Positions 1 through 14,795 are shown, counted from the stretch's first letter. The stretch is DNA of 64,000 nucleotides from Phoronis australis (GCA_002633005.1 NMRA01001012.1:6448-70447); one strand, 5' to 3'. The notes: generated by a model not told the origin, from the letters alone. Program-made: numbers and translations.

Positions 1-3000
1 GGCAGACAGAGAAAAAGATTTTAAAATGACCAAAACGACTGATAGATGGCGTATATTTGTATGATTCATCCGAAAATAGATGCGTGTTCTGTACTCAATA
101 GAGAACTAAATGCCAAACTTCATAAAATTGTCTCAAGGAATTTGGAAGATACAGATGCAAAAAATGCCACAAGAGGGCGCAGCGGCGGTCAGATCCTCTA
201 GGAAGTCATCATCACTCGTTGTTTCATTCATAACAAAACACTTACATGTGAAGAAGGAGATTCAGCTGCCGACGCACAGAAAATGCCGCAGTAGTCAGAC
301 AAGTCCGAAAATGTGCCTCAGTCGTATTGTTCTCATAAGGGACACGTTTGCCAATATGCATAATTATGATCCTTGCGTCAGTTTGGCAGGTAGAAAGGCA
401 GAACCATCAAATAATATTGAAAATGGTCACTTGGTGGTGAAGAATACGACTACACTGTGAGTGTATTTTCATCTATTTAGCAGAAACCCATTTGTAAAAG
501 GGAGTATATTATGCACTCAACTATGAAAACGCAGTTGTTGTATTGCTCAGTGGGAGTCTTTCCATGCGTTCATGAGTAGATCGCATTTACTAGTTGCAGA
601 AACAGCCATTCATACACTTATTACTGATTAAACTTGAAGTTCCGAAGGCTTGCTCTGATGACTTAGAGCTGCATTTCGCCATCTTTAGTTGGCTATAAAC
701 GATCACTGAGTTAGCCCTATTTCTCTCTTGAAATCGATCTCGAACCGCACAATGATGGCATTCTGTTTCCTTTACCAACAAGAACATCAGCAACTCAAGA
801 AAACGCTTCAGAGTTTATTGGGATTGGCCAACAATAAAATTTGAAAATGGCGCATCGACGCGTTGTCTGTGACTGAATTTGGTAATGGAAATGGAATGTT
901 ATAATGGTAAAGATTATTATGAGACCGAATCAATGAGAGTGTCGCCTAACTTGATTTTCTTTCTTCTCCGAAATGTAGCTTTAGCAATAAATGCACTAAA
1001 ATTGTGTACTTTGTCAAGAGTGGAATGTGATCTGCTGCTAGTGATGGTATCGTATGGTGTTCGATTTTCACACCAAAATCTAACCGTAGATTTAAAAGGA
1101 TACCAATCCCGGTTTTGGCCTAATAACAGATGCTAAATACATCTTTCCCATTCAGTTCTCTAAAACAAAATAATACTCTGTAACTTTCGACAACCCTCAA
1201 AAGTTTGGAGGAAAATTTGATAACTCCTTTCAAAATCTGGTAAAGGGGCAAGCGTGACCTACATTTTTGCGAATTACTCGGCAGCTGTGGGAAAGACCAC
1301 CCACCAAGGACCATAATGTCCGTGAGATAGGAAGTGTGAGCGTTTAGTGGATTCCTTCCTTGAACTTGAAAGATTGACGCCAGTTATGCATTAGAAGGTG
1401 ACAGGACGAGTACTGGTGGAAATCATTAAAAGAGGAATTAGTACCCTTTTACGATTTGAAGACCCTTATCAAAGCTTTTTGAGTGATCCATAAAAATACT
1501 TGAACCAAATTTCTTTCAAGTCCCGGGTGAAATTATCCTTCAATATTACTTCACATTTTTTCAAATTAAATTGATTTTCTTTTGTGCACATTTCTTTTCT
1601 GCATACGTGTCATTGTACTTTGAACATGCTTGCAAAAACAATTTCAGTAACGTCCCATAAAAATCTGTTTCTGATGTTGTAACCTTTTCTAAATCACCTA
1701 CGTTTCACTGCCTTATGTACCATGGCAATTACCTTACCGAGGTCTTTCAAATAGTTACCTAACCATGACTGCGTCCCATACACCCAAAACGATAGCGAAG
1801 CACCGGATGCGAGAAGTCTCCCGTTATAGAACAGAAAAGTGAATTTTATCCCACAACACTTAACCTCACCGACCAATCATCTCAATGGCCACGCATTTCC
1901 CCGGGATATGCTATAGTATTGTCTCGAGCAAACATATTGACGCGAGCTGTCAGCTCTGCGATCGTTCACTCGAGACAGACACATGAGGCTCTTAACCATG
2001 TCGATCATTTCCGTGTTCTTCATCTTCTGGTCGGAATCAACTCTCATAACGGAATGTTTCACACAGGTAGAGCGCACACTCATCCGAAGTTTTCTTACTC
2101 ATATTGCTCGGTTCAGTTTTGTGTCTGCCAGTAACGCATAATTACATTTGGTCCAATTTCAGCTAGTCAGTGGGGGTTATAACCCTTTAAAATTTATCGA
2201 GATTGTTACATTTGTTATGTACTATTGTTAGATTGTAACCAACATACCTACCATTCAGTATAGAATACATTACATTACATACCTGGAATAATTCAACTCG
2301 TAAGTCGAAACCAGTCAAAAATTCATTCTTTTCGCAAAATTGCCACATAGACCAAGACCCAAGATGGCCCACCGAAGATAATACTCTGTAGTCATAATCA
2401 GTCCTCTCACTATCAGGGCTTGCACACATTTGTTGGATGCCATTTAATCCCGTGTCGTCTCCACTACCTTGGTCAGGCTCTACCTCCGTACGAAAACCTA
2501 CGAAATATTCATATGCAAATTATTTTTATGTACTCAATAGGTGGAATTGATCTTGAAAGTCGACATGTTGAATCAATAGTGAACAAAAATGAATAGACTC
2601 GTAAGGATTACGTCTGCTTGATTAACACGCATTCTAGTGGATGGGTAACCCCTTATCATTGCAGCAATGTAAAACAAAGGAGACAGTATTCCCATAAAAG
2701 ATTTTAGTGTGCTCTGATCTTAGAAGGAAATCATATGAAGTAAATATTTGGAAGAAAATCTGATAAAATACAGTTTATAAATTATATTTCATTTTCCTCC
2801 TATTGCTCGTATGTATACGACATTGTTTGTTACGCTACACCGGAAAAGTAATATTCGTACCCATCATCTGCATCAAGTGGTCACTTTTGTTGGAATAATG
2901 AGATACATAATTCGATGGTATAAAGACTTATTATGTTAAAGATGCATAGTCTCATTATATTGTGAATATGCAAATTTACCACTAATATAAAAACAACCCA

Positions 3001-4527
3001 TGGTCCTCTAGTTTGCCGGAAACCATCCGAGAACTAGTTACTATTATAATATTGCAAAAGACGTAGCACGTTTAAAGCACCTCTGAAGAAAGGAATTCTA
3101 CACTTTTATTTTTAATAAACTTTTCACACATGTTTGGAAATGTTAGTAATAGTAATGTAATAGTGCCTATCACTGGATGACCGAAAATACAAGTGAGATA
3201 TAACCAAAAAAAGAATATCAAAACAAGAACGCAACCGATCACTTGGAAAATACACGAACAGCCCACACCGGTATGATTCTCCTAATGTATATGTATTCCC
3301 CAGTGAGTTAAGGACAATGGTTATCTGAAGGATAGTTGTAGGAAGCCATACATTATGTCTTTCAACGTATTCTAATACAAGCTGTGGAAGTCAACATAGT
3401 TTTTTAAAAGTATGGTCCCAATTAGCTTAACACTGCCAAATTTCATGCGAAAGACAAATTCTTGTAGATTAGGTGTGTTATGTCTCATCAGCCAACGCAA
3501 ACCGTTGATGAGGTCTCGCTTCTTCATTGCTGCGATCTTGTGAGGTCTTGCAATATGCTTGTTTTTCTGGCGAGGAATTAGGTCTATGGAAGGTTCTCCG
3601 GGTCTGGAATTCCTTAGATCTGAGGCAGTTGCAAACTACTTGCGGCGAAAAACCTTCGCTTATGAACTAGAAACAATGAATTCTATGCCGTAATTCCACG
3701 TCCTAACCTCACTGACCAGTCACTTCAGTGACCGCCATTTTCCTAACCTTCGCTAGCTAGTAAGGTCACAAGCGAACACTGGCATGATTTGCTTGGTCTT
3801 GCGTGATCGTACTCTTCTGTCAACCTTCTTGTGTTTACGGAACTCTCAACCCCGGATAAAAACAATTGGTTGTTCAGACGGAAGGTTTTAGTACAGGAGG
3901 AACAGCCGGCAGAAAAGACTTTTGTGAACGTTCACGATAGCACCGCTTTATGAACGGCTTGTTTTAACATTTAAAAATGTTCCCGCTGGAATGCCTAACA
4001 ATTTTAAAGCTTTCACTGAACCCCGTGCTTTCTGTAAAAAATAAAGTTTTGAATTCGATCGCTTACCATTGTGAAACTGGTCTCTGCGGCTTGGAATTCA
4101 ACGACTTTTATCTAAGGATACGTACTACCAGTTCTTCCTGAGAGTAGAGATCACTTCTAAACTGAATAAAGAACAAGACAATAACTCGAATTTTGACAGA
4201 AGGCACGGGTTTGATACCGCTTTAAAAGTTACCCGCAGCTTGAAAGTGTGGCATGGCTGTTAATATCTGCTTACGGCAAAGCCTATCTCTACCTTTTACC
4301 TGCTTGGAAATTGCTATGTGTCTCTATTAATTTTGGACCCGTACTGTAAGCGAATTGACCATCTGGACAGTAATCAATGTGATCTCAATCACCAAAATAT
4401 TTGCCTTGATTCGGTACCGAGAGAACGGAAGCGAATACCCTAGAAGTTACGATCCCAATTACTCCATGCTTACTCTTACTGCGAAGCTCGAAAAATGGCG
4501 GCAGACTTTTAAATTTACTCCCATTCA

Positions 4528-7062
4528 ATGGATGATTCTGAGTGGCAAATTGTACGTAAATGTAAACCAAGCAAGGACAGTAGCGAGTTAAGGACAACTA
4601 TGAACCGTACAGGTGATATAGGTAGCAAAAAGTTTAATTCTCAACCTACAATTAGTGAAGCTATATCAAGCATGCCGACCTCTCCAGCTCCACGTGATCA
4701 TCAAGGTGAGATATCGGAACTCATATTGAAAGAAATACGAGATCTAAAGTCGGCTCAAGATGGGCTTAGAAAAACGTTTGAATCCAAAATAGATAAAATA
4801 CGCAATAACATTACAAATTCTATTGATATCAATCTAAAGTCCTTCAAGGCGGATATTGTTATGGATTTTGCACACCTCGACAACCGTGTCAACGCGTTGG
4901 AGAAGCATTACACGCATGGTTCAAGTTTAGTCATTCAGAACGACCCTTTGAAAAACAATGACTTGTGTATTATCGCATCAGGCATAGTCGACCTTTATGT
5001 GAAGTGACCGAAGAACTGTTATGTAGCATGGGCCTGTCTTCAGATGTGACCTTACTATAATTGCACCTGTCTGAACGCTCAACAGGGGGATACAAGGCCT
5101 CCTGTGGTCAAACTTCCTGTTGAGTCACTGGCTCAAAAACTTCTAGTGCTGCGGAACAACCAAAAAATTAAGTGCACGCCTTTATTTCAACGAGTTGTTC
5201 TTCGTGGAAGCAAATCTCACACTGACAGGTTAATTGAAATTAAATTCAAAACAATCATTGAAACTTTGCCGAACAACAAGGAATTCACGATACGCTCAAG
5301 TGATTGAATTGTGAGAGTGGCCACAGGTGAGGAGGCTTACTCGGGGAACAAAAGAATTCGTGATGCAGAATAGGACAGCGTTTTGAGGATTTGCAAGGCC
5401 AATGTCTTTGGTTGGACTAGCAACAATTCATTGCTCCGTGAACAATTGCTGTCTTCATCCACATCATAGGGGTGGTAGAAATTCATTTACATGCAAATAA
5501 ATCTATTACCTTGCCCGATTATTGTTGGTACGGACACAATAGGCAGCTTATAAACAAGCGGGCCCCAAGAGGTTCGGGTGGGGTAGGAATATTCGTTAAA
5601 ATGATTTGTTTAAAGCATTTAAACTTGATATTGTTGATATGTCGTGTGATGGTATATTAGCTTTAAGACTAACTCATATACACTCAGACTATTGTATAAT
5701 TGTATTTTGTTGCTATTTACCACCTGAGAACTCTTCAAGGGGTTGTGATCCGGATAGTTTCTATAGGCATCTATTATGCCAGTTATATTTACATGCAGAT
5801 ATATCAGATGACATTGTTACATGTGGAGATTTTAACTCGAGAGTGGGTAATTTGAATGATTACATTCCAGATGTTGATTGTCAATTAAATAAAGGAGCTG
5901 TAAATAGTGATGGTAGAAATTTGATTGACTTTTTGTTCGGCTCTAAAACTTGCATAGTAAATGGTAGGAAAGAGATAAGTAAAGATAACTTCACATCAAT
6001 AAGTCATAGTGGGAGAGCGGTTGTAGATTACTTTATTGTCCCCCGTGAGTCGCTCTAGTCTTGTCTTAAATTTGAGGTCCATGCTTGTACAGAGGTAGTT
6101 GACAAACATCATTTACAAGGACTCCTGTCAGAAAAGCAAAAAATTCCTGATCACAGTGTATTTTTATTAGAAATTATGGTACACGTTCCAGTGAATATAA
6201 GTGACGAATCTGTAGAGGATCACGGTACGGAAAACTCCTTTGATATGCAATTTAGAAAACGGTTTAAATTAAATTCTATCCCTAGTGAATTCATAGATAA
6301 TGAGATATTCAAAAGGGCGATTGGAGAGTTGCTTTTAATATTAGAAAATGAGTTTCGAATACAATATGAAGTTGATGGGATTTATAACTCCCTCTGCGAA
6401 ATTATAAAAACAGAAGTGGAATTGCATTTAAGATGTATTCAAAGTTGTAATAAAAATCTGAGAAAAAAATTAAGGCAAACAAGCCCTTTTGGAATGATGA
6501 ATTAACGCAACTTTGGGGAAAAGTGGCCCAAAAAGAAAAAAGTATTTCTCAAAGAAAAAAATACTAAACGACGAAGGCAGCGACTGTATGAATATAAGAA
6601 CTCTATATATTACTTTGACAAGAGATTCAGGTTTTTCTAAAGGCAGTATTTGAAAAATAAATGAACACTGATTGAAGATTCATGTAAAAATGACCCCAAT
6701 GTTTTTTGGAAGGAACTCAAGAATTTAGGACCTCAGCTCAAGATCAGACATGAAAATATTATTCACTCAGAAAGATGGGAGGCCAGTTTAAGAGATTTGT
6801 TTGCAAAAATTCCAATGGGTGAAAGTCAAAACGTAGAGAATTTGGTGAAAGCATTGCAATATGCTGAATATTCGGGTCATGTAAAAAAAGCACTGGAAAA
6901 AAAGTTTTTCGTTTTTTGAAGTTTATTCTGTTATTAGCAAATTAAAATCGGGCAAGGCCATTGGAATAGACGGTATACCATACAAAGTGCTGAGATCACA
7001 AGAGATGGTTAATATTTTGGTCTCGCTCTTTCAAAAGGTCTTTGGCACTGGATTTATTCCAT
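4528..7062 (+). mobile_element. Non-LTR retrotransposon (APE-RT LINE, RTE-X/CR1-group-like), 5' part: decayed ORF1 and endonuclease to start of RT
   Basis: Coiled-coil ORF1 pieces at 4528-5370. APE motifs WYGHNR..RGSGGVGIFVK, CYLPPENS, GDFNSR, AVVDYF and PDH, then KLKSGKAIGIDGIP..LFQKVFGTGFIPS, which breaks at ~7062. Several stops and frameshifts. Confidence 0.85.
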
Positions 7063-7613
7063 CATTTATCGTAATCGATTTTGCTCGGGGTACGCCACGA
7101 GCTATGTTGCAGAGTAAAACAAGAGGAGGATTGAGAATATTGTCATTTATTATGACGTAAATAGATAAAACTAACTAAGACTCTGCAAGATGGGCATGGA
7201 CAAAACGCCCACCGGAGTGTACAATGAATAGCCCTGAAAGAGGGAACAAAACAAAAGAAATGCCTGAAGGGCGTAAAGGAAAAGTACAGAACATGAACAC
7301 AAAACTTGAAAAAACCTAACACGAAATGTATATGAGATACGAGAAAGTGGAACCGACACCCGGGATAGGGGGAAGGGAAAAAATGTAGAGAACGAACGTA
7401 GGTCTTGTAGACGACGAGGTAGGTGGCTGAATGAGAGAGACCACGTTGAACTGAACAAAGGAAATATGGACGACCAATCAGGTGTCGCGTAGAGAAATGT
7501 ATAAATACAAAAGTAGGCCCTTGTGGCTATAAATAGAGATGAGTAATGCAAAATAAACCCTAAGGACTGGTATCAAAATAAAAAGACAAATGTAAAAATA
7601 ATGACGATAAATG
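7063..7613. mobile_element. Possible non-autonomous TIR/Helentron-like insert
   Basis: 13-bp inverted ends CATTTATCGTAAT / ATGACGATAAATG (1 mismatch), a short GC hairpin GCTCGGGGTACGCCACGAGC near the left end, and no coding signal. Confidence 0.35.
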
Positions 7614-7691
7614 CATTTAACAAGTTAAATTTAATTATGGTATAAAGCGATTATCACCCCTATACCGAAAGGATGAGATAGAGATTTGAAT

Positions 7692-7694
<3 letters not shown>

Positions 7695-7746
<52 letters not shown>

Positions 7747-7773
7747 GAGAGAGAGGGAGAGAGAGAGAGAGAG
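7695..7773. repeat. (GA)n microsatellite, which is the (TC)n 3' tail of the minus-strand LINE
   Basis: Read directly. It lies just past the minus-strand AATAAA (7778-7783) that follows the ORF stop at 7811. Confidence 0.95.
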
Positions 7774-10650
7774 GTTGTTTATTGCATGGAGCTAAGCTCA
7801 TTTGTACATATTACATTGCAACATTTGGTATAGGTGGGAATTTCATGTCCGGGTATTCAATACATGTATGCATATTTACACGATGCAATGTTAGAGTTTC
7901 CTGTCTAATACCATACGCCTTTAATATAAATAAGGATAGTCTTTTCAAAAGATTTCCAGAGTTTGTTTTGAATAAGTATTGGACGTTTTCGATGTCAGTA
8001 TGCTGTCGGGATATTTCTGGTAAAAAATTCTTTCTAATGTCGTTAAGGACGGAGCAGGTAAGTAATAAGTGTATTTCGTCTTCAATTTCTGAACGGTTGC
8101 AAATTTTGCAAGGTCTATCTTCCTTTGGAATGTCATGGTGCCTACCAGTTTCTATTTTCAGCTGGTGTCCAGAGCACCTGAATTTGGCTAAAATTCTACG
8201 TAGAGTTGGTGGTAGTCTGTAAAGATATTCTTCACAAGATAAATCTGTTTTGATAATAGAGTAAAATGAGCACTTGCTAGAGCTCTGCACTGATGTCCTC
8301 CATTCTTGGGCACCACAATCCAACAATCTTTGCTTAAATTCTGATATAAATAAATCAATGTTACCCGGTCCACTTATCCATAGCTCCCTAAACCCGTATC
8401 TGAATAAAATATCTTTAACTGCACTGGCCCAATTTGTTCGTCCTTTTTTACAGTCTTCCCGCAGCATCCTGTAACTTTTCTTTGGGTATCTGGGGTTATT
8501 CATTTGTAGAATTTTGGTCCAATAGATTATTGGTCTGCACAAGTATTTCACAGATAATAAATGCCTGCCGCATTCTCCTCTGGCCATAACGTTACTTGTT
8601 TTCTTTGGGACACCAGCAACCCATTTACAGAAATCATTGTGGACACTTTTTATGTCTTTCGAATATACTGTACCCCATATCTCAGCACCATATAACAATA
8701 TAGGAACTACCATACTATCAAACAATTTAAAACATACATTCGGGGATCTACACTTCACTTTGGTTAAACATGCTTTTAACGTTTTCATTGCTTTTCTAGC
8801 TTGTAAAGCTGATATTCTACAAATTTCATTCCATTTTAATCTGCAAGAAAATGTTACACCAAAATACTTGTAATAAGATTTCGTTTCTACCGATTTCTTA
8901 TTGTAGAACCAACGTTCTTGAGCCGACAGAGTCCCACCTCGCTTGAAGACAACAATGTTTGTCTTATCAAGATTAACACAAAGACTCCAATCCACACAGT
9001 AGTTGTGCAATACATTTAATTTCCTCTGGAGACCAGGCACTGTGTCCGCCACAAGCAACAAATCATCCGCAAACAATAACGAACTTAATTCACAATCATC
9101 ACTCTTGATACCTCGTCCTCCATTTTCTTTGACCTCTGACACCAGTCCGCTAACAAAAACAGAGAATTACCAAGGATTCAGTATACACCCTTGTTTCACA
9201 CCTCTCGTCCAATCAAAATAGGGTGTGATTTGACTCTGTATTCTCACGCACGATTTGACTTCAGCATAAATATTCCTCAGGAGATTGAACATTTTCCCGT
9301 GGAGATTATTTTCTAACAAACAATAAAACAGACGTGTAGTTTCTAGACTGTCAAACGCCTTGCTAAAGTCCACAAAGGCACAGTTCATTTTTCCACCTTT
9401 TTTGATAAATTTATGTGGGACAAAGCTTGTAGAACCGCCCTAAATCCGGCTTGTTCCTCAGGGATACATTGCATTGCATACGACCACTCAATCAGCCTTA
9501 TGTTTAATATAGATGTAAACAGCTTGCTTATGCTATCAATTAAAGAAATTCCCCTGTAATTATTTGGGTTATTTTTGTCTCCTTTCTTGTAGATTGGAAC
9601 GATTATACTCTTTCTCCAGTTCTACGGGAATTTTCCTGTCGCCAGTACCTTGTTGAATAGTTAGCATAATACTTCAAGTGTGTCACCAGTCAGTGCTTTG
9701 AAGAGTTCGTTTGGAATACCATCTTCTCCAGGGGTTTTGTTGCTTTTAAGTTTATTTATTTCCTGATTGATTTCGGGCATGTCAATTTGTTTATTAAGTT
9801 GTACCAGGATTTCATCACCAGGTGTGTTGGCACAGTCATTGCAGCTTTCGTCGTGCTCTCGCATTTCGTCCACCAAAATATTAAGGAATTCCCTGTTTTC
9901 CCGTACAGGCTCAGTGTTCAAGACTTTTTCAAAATAGTTATACCATTCGTTCGACGAATATCCGCTTGTTGAATATTGTTCGGACTTATGATTGACTTCA
10001 CGTTTGCCCAGAATGTTCTTGGATCTCTCACTGAATCACATAATTTCTTTTCCATTTGTTCGATATAATTCTTCTTTTTTTCACGACAGGTTTCCTTAAA
10101 TTGACTTTTCGTATCACTATAATTACGTAGTGTATCCACACACTTTGTGGATCTGAAAAGTTTCAATAAATTATGTTTTTCTATTTTCTTTTGCTCGCAA
10201 ACGTTGTCGAACCACCTTTGCTGCTGCCTGTTCACTGCGGATTTATTGCTTATTTTTATGTCAGCGCCGCAAGCGTGGAATAATTCATTTATTAATTTAA
10301 CTGCTTTGTTAATATCCATATCGATAGCTGAAGATATTTGGGATAATTTCTCGGTGGTGTCAACGCTGCCCAGTCTATCCTTAAAACTTGAAGATTTGTG
10401 TGGCTGCCACTTGAGTCGGTGCAATGGGGTTGTTCTGACACTAGTGTTCGATCCGTCTGTATCAGCTTCCGTATGTTGTAGATAACGTAGAGTACACATG
10501 ATAGGGAAATGGTCTGACTAGTCGTTGAATTTACCAACCAACTATAGGGACATAAGTCTGCTCTCCACCGTGAGCAAAGTGTATTCCAATGTACTAACAC
10601 AAACTGAATGAAGAACAAAATGGTTTTCGACAGGGGAGGTCTTGTCTTGA
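7695..10650 (-). mobile_element. 5'-truncated LINE (APE end + RT + C-terminal CCHC), frameshifted
   Basis: SDHFPI (APE end, ~10510), KTPGEDGIPNE, NYRGISL, FVDFSKAFDS, GVKQGCIL, LLFADDLLL, and C-terminal KFRCSGHQLKIETGRH..CKIC..IEDEIHLLLTC. ORFs 7811-9142, 9167-9388, 9661-9921, 9918-10499. 5' boundary approximate. Confidence 0.9.
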
Positions 10651-10664
10651 CCACGTGTTCACAC

Positions 10665-11781
10665 TCACGTCTGATGTGGTTCATTTTTGCAAGAGGGGAC
10701 ATGTAAGAACGAGTTTGGAATTCATTTTGTGCTATACGTATCTGGGTGTAACTCTGAATGAGTTAATGGATTTCAGTTTGACAGCTGAGGTACTGGCAGA
10801 CTCCGTCTCCAGAGCGTTGGGAGCTCTGGTAAGCAAGTACAAACATATTGGTAACATGGGTTTCAACAGTTACAATAAATGTTTTGAAATGTCCGTCGCT
10901 TCAATTCTAGACTATGGATCTGGAATTTGGAGATATTCTCAATACTCCAAATGCGAAATGATCAGAACGAGAGCATTACGTATATTTTTAGGGGTCCACA
11001 AGTATCTGCCAATGCAGTACTTTATGGCGACTCGGGTTGGCCAAATTCACACTACAAACAACATGGAAATATGCTAAGGCTCTGGAATCGTTTAGCTCTA
11101 ATGGATGAAAGCAGAATTGCAAAAAAGTTTTTTTATGGGACCTTAAACATCGGAACTCCTGTAATTGGTCAAGTTCAATATTTAAAATTATTGAGAAGTG
11201 CGACTTTTTAGAAAATTTCAGGAACAAGTAAATTGTGTCTCTCGAAAACTTCAAAACATTCAGGTTCCAGTTAGAAGAGTTAAACTGGTTAAAAATAATC
11301 ACTGAGAAACCAAAACTGTACTTGTGTAAATCGTTAAGAATAACTATTGTGTAGAAGAGTATTTACGTCTGCCGGTGTCTCAGAGGTCCGTCATAGCTGG
11401 ATTGAGAGCAGGTATTCCACCATTAGAGGTTGAGGTGGGGCGGTACTTCGGAATTCCTGTGAATGAGCGAATTTGTCGTGTTTGTAAAAACAGAATTGAA
11501 GATGAAGCTCATTTCATTTTTGATGGTGAAAAATATACTCACATTCCAGCATACTTTATACGGGATTCTGTCCTACCTCAAGAATTACAAAATAACTTGA
11601 AAGGTCTAGCGAAATTCATTCAAGACGCTTTGCAGGTTAGAAGTAATTGTTTGTTTATAAACTAGTCTGAAGTGGTCATATTTGAGCTTGAGCAATATGT
11701 TATGTAAGGATTTAATATTCTGTCTGATATTGTATTTACTGGCACCCTTATGTCACTATGATAAATAAATATAATAAAAAT
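10665..11781 (+). mobile_element. 3' part of a + strand LINE (RT end/thumb + CCHC), probably continuing 4528-7062
   Basis: SDVVHF, YTYLGVTLNE, ILDYGSGIW, FLGVHK, PLEVEVGRY..RICRVCKNRIEDEAHFIF, then an A-rich tail at ~11760-11781. Confidence 0.8.
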
Positions 11782-12789
11782 ACTCTAAGCCAACACAGGC
11801 CGACGAGAAACCCATCCATTGTCTTCTGAAAATAAAGTAAAAGAGTGAATTACCTATGCATCCTACGTGAAGTGGGTGTCGCGCGAGACTGGCACATTAT
11901 CAAAAGCAAAAGCATTTAAAGCTCCATTCCTCCCCTATTTAGTTGTCAGCGTGCAATTTTTAAACGAAACGCTTTAGCGTTTACTACCCGATCTTGAATT
12001 AACAGATGACGCGTCCATTCGACACTTCCGAATCTGCAATGATAGGATTGGCCAATGCCGATACACTGTTTAGAGGTGTCTTATGTCACTGATGGTTTTC
12101 GAACATAGGATTGTGTCACTCTAAGCAACATCAGGAGAGTGAATTTTATGAGAATCGAATACCTATTTCGATTTTTGTTGTTATCCAGCTAAGCAGATCA
12201 AAATGCAAATTTAAACCTGTTGTGCGAAAGCTGTGTAGGTTATTAACAGAATTTCTTACCAGCAACGAGATAAGCTTTATTCAGCAAATGCGCAGTAGCT
12301 GGAGGCAACTCCTCTTTATAGACCACGAACATTATCTTTTATCAAGCGAGCTACGTGAACTTTTGTATGCGCTACCGTAATGGTGGGAAACGACATTCGA
12401 GCCCTAAGTAAGTTTTACCTCGAAATACAAGGCTCTTTTTAAGACTGTGGAATTTTTTTATCTCGATGGCTGAAGAAAGTGACAAGCAGCTATTTTTATT
12501 TATTGTTTTAGGCCAGATCAAAAGGACAGCAGTCGGCTCCTTAGTCCGAAATGACATTATCGCAGGCAATCGTGTGAATGGCCTATAGGTCGAAGCGCCG
12601 ATTGTCCGCACGGGAGGTACTACGAAACGTGACATTATAGATCCACCAATGACTACTTCAAGTTGAAGGGAATCATTGATGGAATTTACTTCATGGCGTA
12701 AGAATGATGCCGATTATGCGAATATAAACCTACATCAAAATTTTTTGAAAAATAAAGGTCTTACAAGACTTTTTGATGCCGGCAAAATC

Positions 12790-13780
12790 AGCACTTGTAG
12801 TATATTTTGTAGAGGACAAACATCTAATCATGCTTTTCAGGACTGGTGGGCAGACGACTCCATCTTCAACGTACTGTGCCACAACAGCCTCTCCAAGCTG
12901 AGCTGAGATTTCACGGACTCTATCGTAGGAAACTCTGATTCCGTTCTCATGGAGCATCTCCATCAGTTGCCTCTTCCTTGTTTTGGGTAGCATGTGTGTC
13001 GGGTGATTCGATACCCAGCTGCACCAGTCTCTTCCTGTACAGACAACACAAGTCTACAAGTCGCAAAACCAGTGGATCTGAACCACCACTTGCAGTTTTC
13101 ACCGCAGTAATATATGTCACGAGTTCCGAAAAAGCCATTGGATATGCTCTCTTTGCTTGGAGAGTCCCTTCTTCTTTCTTCTTCTCTTGAGCATTCAAAA
13201 ATGCCCTCTCTCTGTTGTACAGAGCTACCAAGCATGCTGAGTGATATTTTACTTCTTATGCGATGCATCTCCTGCACTCGGTTTTACCAGGAGCTTACCA
13301 TCATTGAGAGTCTTGACACAATCATTGATTTTGTAGTTCAGTTTCAAGGTCATAGCTTGTCTCAGGGTTTCACCTTTCTCCTCACATAAGAAGCATTCGG
13401 TCGTCTTGGGGTCTATAATTCTTCTTGGTACTTTGCGGTTGTTGCTATTGTCACTAATGTCTGCCGTGCTACAAGGGCTGATGATCCTTTTTCAGCTCGC
13501 TGCAACTTCGTATTGCAGAAGAGCAGCCTGCAGCTGGAATGCTACTGGGTATTTATTTTCTCAAAGTGTTCTCTATCCCGCTGCCATCGTCAAATCCAGA
13601 TTTATTGGCAATTCATTGAGAGAATGAAATCGAGGAACATTCCTCTCCAACTGGTTGTATCCGTCATCTTGCCGTTTCAAAGGATTTGAAAGTGGAGACG
13701 AGAAATCTTCCATCGTCTGCGTTTGACAAAGTCAATATTTGTCCCAGTTGGTGCGCCAAATGTTTTACTTGAAGCCATAG
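12790..13780 (-). mobile_element. Academ-like DNA transposase 5' relic
   Basis: Frameshifted MASSK..DGYNQLERNVPRFHSLNELP..DDGSGIENTL..SCRLLFCNTKLQRAEK, then ALYNRER, AFSELVTYI and KTRKRQLMEMLHENGIRVSYDRVREISAQLGEAV..GVVCPPVLK. The family assignment is from memory of the motifs. Confidence 0.6.
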
Positions 13781-13899
13781 TTATTTTATGATACGAAGGG
13801 TGAATGAATTTTAAACCAGAACAATCGTTGACCTCTCCTTCTCCAAATCTTTTAATGCTCTCTTCCTTGTTGACCCGTCTTATGACCTTAAACTTAATG

Positions 13900-14790
13900 A
13901 TGAAATCATTCCTAGAAAACAGTCGCACATACATCTTGGTATACTGTTAGATGAAAAACTCTCATTCACACCTCACGTACGGGTCAGACACTAATTAACC
14001 CACTTAAGCTTGTATCTCTTCATCTGAATTCTACATATTTAGAAGTTTTGTTCAAATCATTTACATTTCCACACATCGGTTATTGTGATATCATATATCA
14101 GTCGGCCAATACGGGTGCACTACAACATTTGGAGAAACTACAGTATCAAGCTGTCTTACTCATAACCGGAGCTTACAGGGGATCCAGTAGTGTTAAAGTT
14201 TTGAGTAGTCTCAAGTGGCCCAAACTGTCTACTCGACGCAATCTTCACATGACCACATTTACTTTCAAAGTGATAAACAACGTCAACAACGCCTCTGTCA
14301 AAACCTATTTGATCTATACACTAGACAAGGCCATCGTAGTAATTTGAGATCCTCCATCCCATATGCAATTCCTCCGTCATTCAGTCAGGCATTCAGAAGG
14401 TCTACAGTCATGATGTGCATCAACAACTGGAATTCTCTTCCAGTCTCTGTTGAGGATGCAACTCTTTTACAAGTATAAAAAATATTTTTAGAACTGTTTT
14501 TCACAATTTTGACAACTCAGCACCCTTAACTCAATTCTCCTTTCCCCGTGATAACGAAATAGCATTGTACAGATTAAGATGTGGTCTTTTCCTCAAGTCT
14601 GACAAGTTTAGGCACAACTTTAGTAATGTTTCTCTAAACTGTAAATGTGGTGACCATCAATCTTATCCTCATATTTTCTTCAAATATCCCCTAATCGAAT
14701 ACCTGAGAGACTCACTCTGTCGTGCACTCAATGAAAACCAATTAATTGTTAATGTTCTCAATTCTTGTAACAATACCCCTACTTAAGTTA
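13900..14790 (+). mobile_element. CR1/L2-group LINE 3' fragment
   Basis: HLGILLDEKLSFTPHV, PHIGYCDIIY, LEKLQYQAVLLITGAYRGSS..L.W..LSTRR, WNSLP, and RLRCG..CKCG..HIFF. Cut off by the Gypsy at ~14795. Confidence 0.8.
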
Positions 14791-14795
14791 CAATA

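Noticed and set aside
1690-2450. Possible minus-strand LINE endonuclease relic
   Set aside because: Only faint motif echoes (NLTIVH, ALLADTKL), too decayed to support.
7686-8222. ORF with ERERER repeats, and the CVCVCV ORFs at 54318-54701
   Set aside because: Translations of microsatellites and of the LINE antisense strand.
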